From: Octopus vulgaris
Taxonomy: Eukaryota
Assembly (NCBI GenBank): GCA_951406725.2
Contig: OX597832.1
Span: 35,650,001-35,714,000, forward strand
Length of the DNA: 64,000 nt
Direction of reading: 5' to 3'
Both the position numbers and the translations under genes were made by a program. Positions 63,770 to 64,000 of the stretch are shown piece by piece. Numbering within the stretch: the first letter of the stretch is position 1; each line of letters starts with the position of its first letter. The notes under the pieces were generated by a model, which saw nothing but the letters and a program-made list of their open reading frames with translations, was not told the origin of the DNA and searched no databases.

Positions 63770-63962
63770 GCAGCTGGTACACTCGGTAAAGTGGTTGATG
63801 TTAGGAATATCATCCAGTCATAGAAACCATGGCAAAACGTGTTTGAGCAAGATCTGGCTCTCTGATGTGTTGGATCTTGTTAAAATGTCCAGCCTCTGCC
63901 AGCATAGAAGGCTGATGTAAAGTGATGATGATAATGATGGTGATAATAACAATAATGATGGC
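63770..63962 (+). mobile_element. RTE 3'-tail copy, diverged
   Basis: GTAAAGTGGTTGATGTTAGGAA..CATCCAG..TAGAAACC...GCCAGCATAGAA...(GAT)n. Confidence 0.65.
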
Positions 63963-64000
63963 ACAAACATACTAACAGTAAATAAAGACAATAGATTGGT

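Noticed and set aside
1-64000. Most ORFs in the supplied track as host genes
   Set aside because: They are translations of microsatellites (CVCV, THTH, IYIY, ERER, NNNN, HHHH) or of SINE/transposon fragments, and form no coherent exon chain.
1-64000. Minus-strand bias of retroelements implying an intron of a plus-strand gene
   Set aside because: Small numbers, RTE tails lean the other way, and no exon was confirmed.

Overview
AT-rich, microsatellite-dense eukaryotic non-coding DNA. The repeat set (tRNA-headed CORE-type and Meta-type SINEs, RTE tails ending in (GAT)n, Dong/R4, mariner, Penelope-like elements) resembles a cephalopod (Octopus-like) genome; this is an inference, not a database result. 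I could not support any intact host gene, rRNA, canonical tRNA or CRISPR array. Nearly all ORFs in the track are artefacts of microsatellites or decayed transposons. Recognisable coding remnants: a 5'-truncated Penelope-like element (PLE; RT + GIY-YIG, 48373-49773), an older PLE RT remnant (~55100-56250), a Mag-like Ty3/gypsy fragment with PBS and LTR (49790-52209), four mariner copies, Dong/R4 endonuclease fragments, RTE fragments and a young non-autonomous Helitron (2273-2644). The most interesting signal is at RNA level. The PLE 3' end carries a tRNA-like Pol III cassette, then (AAT)n, then a minimal type-I hammerhead ribozyme. The same cassette occurs without any ORF as a ~545-bp head-to-head palindrome (30699-31243). 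Four further, sequence-unrelated hammerhead-like motifs are scattered through the window. Element boundaries were read by eye and are approximate unless a terminal motif is quoted.
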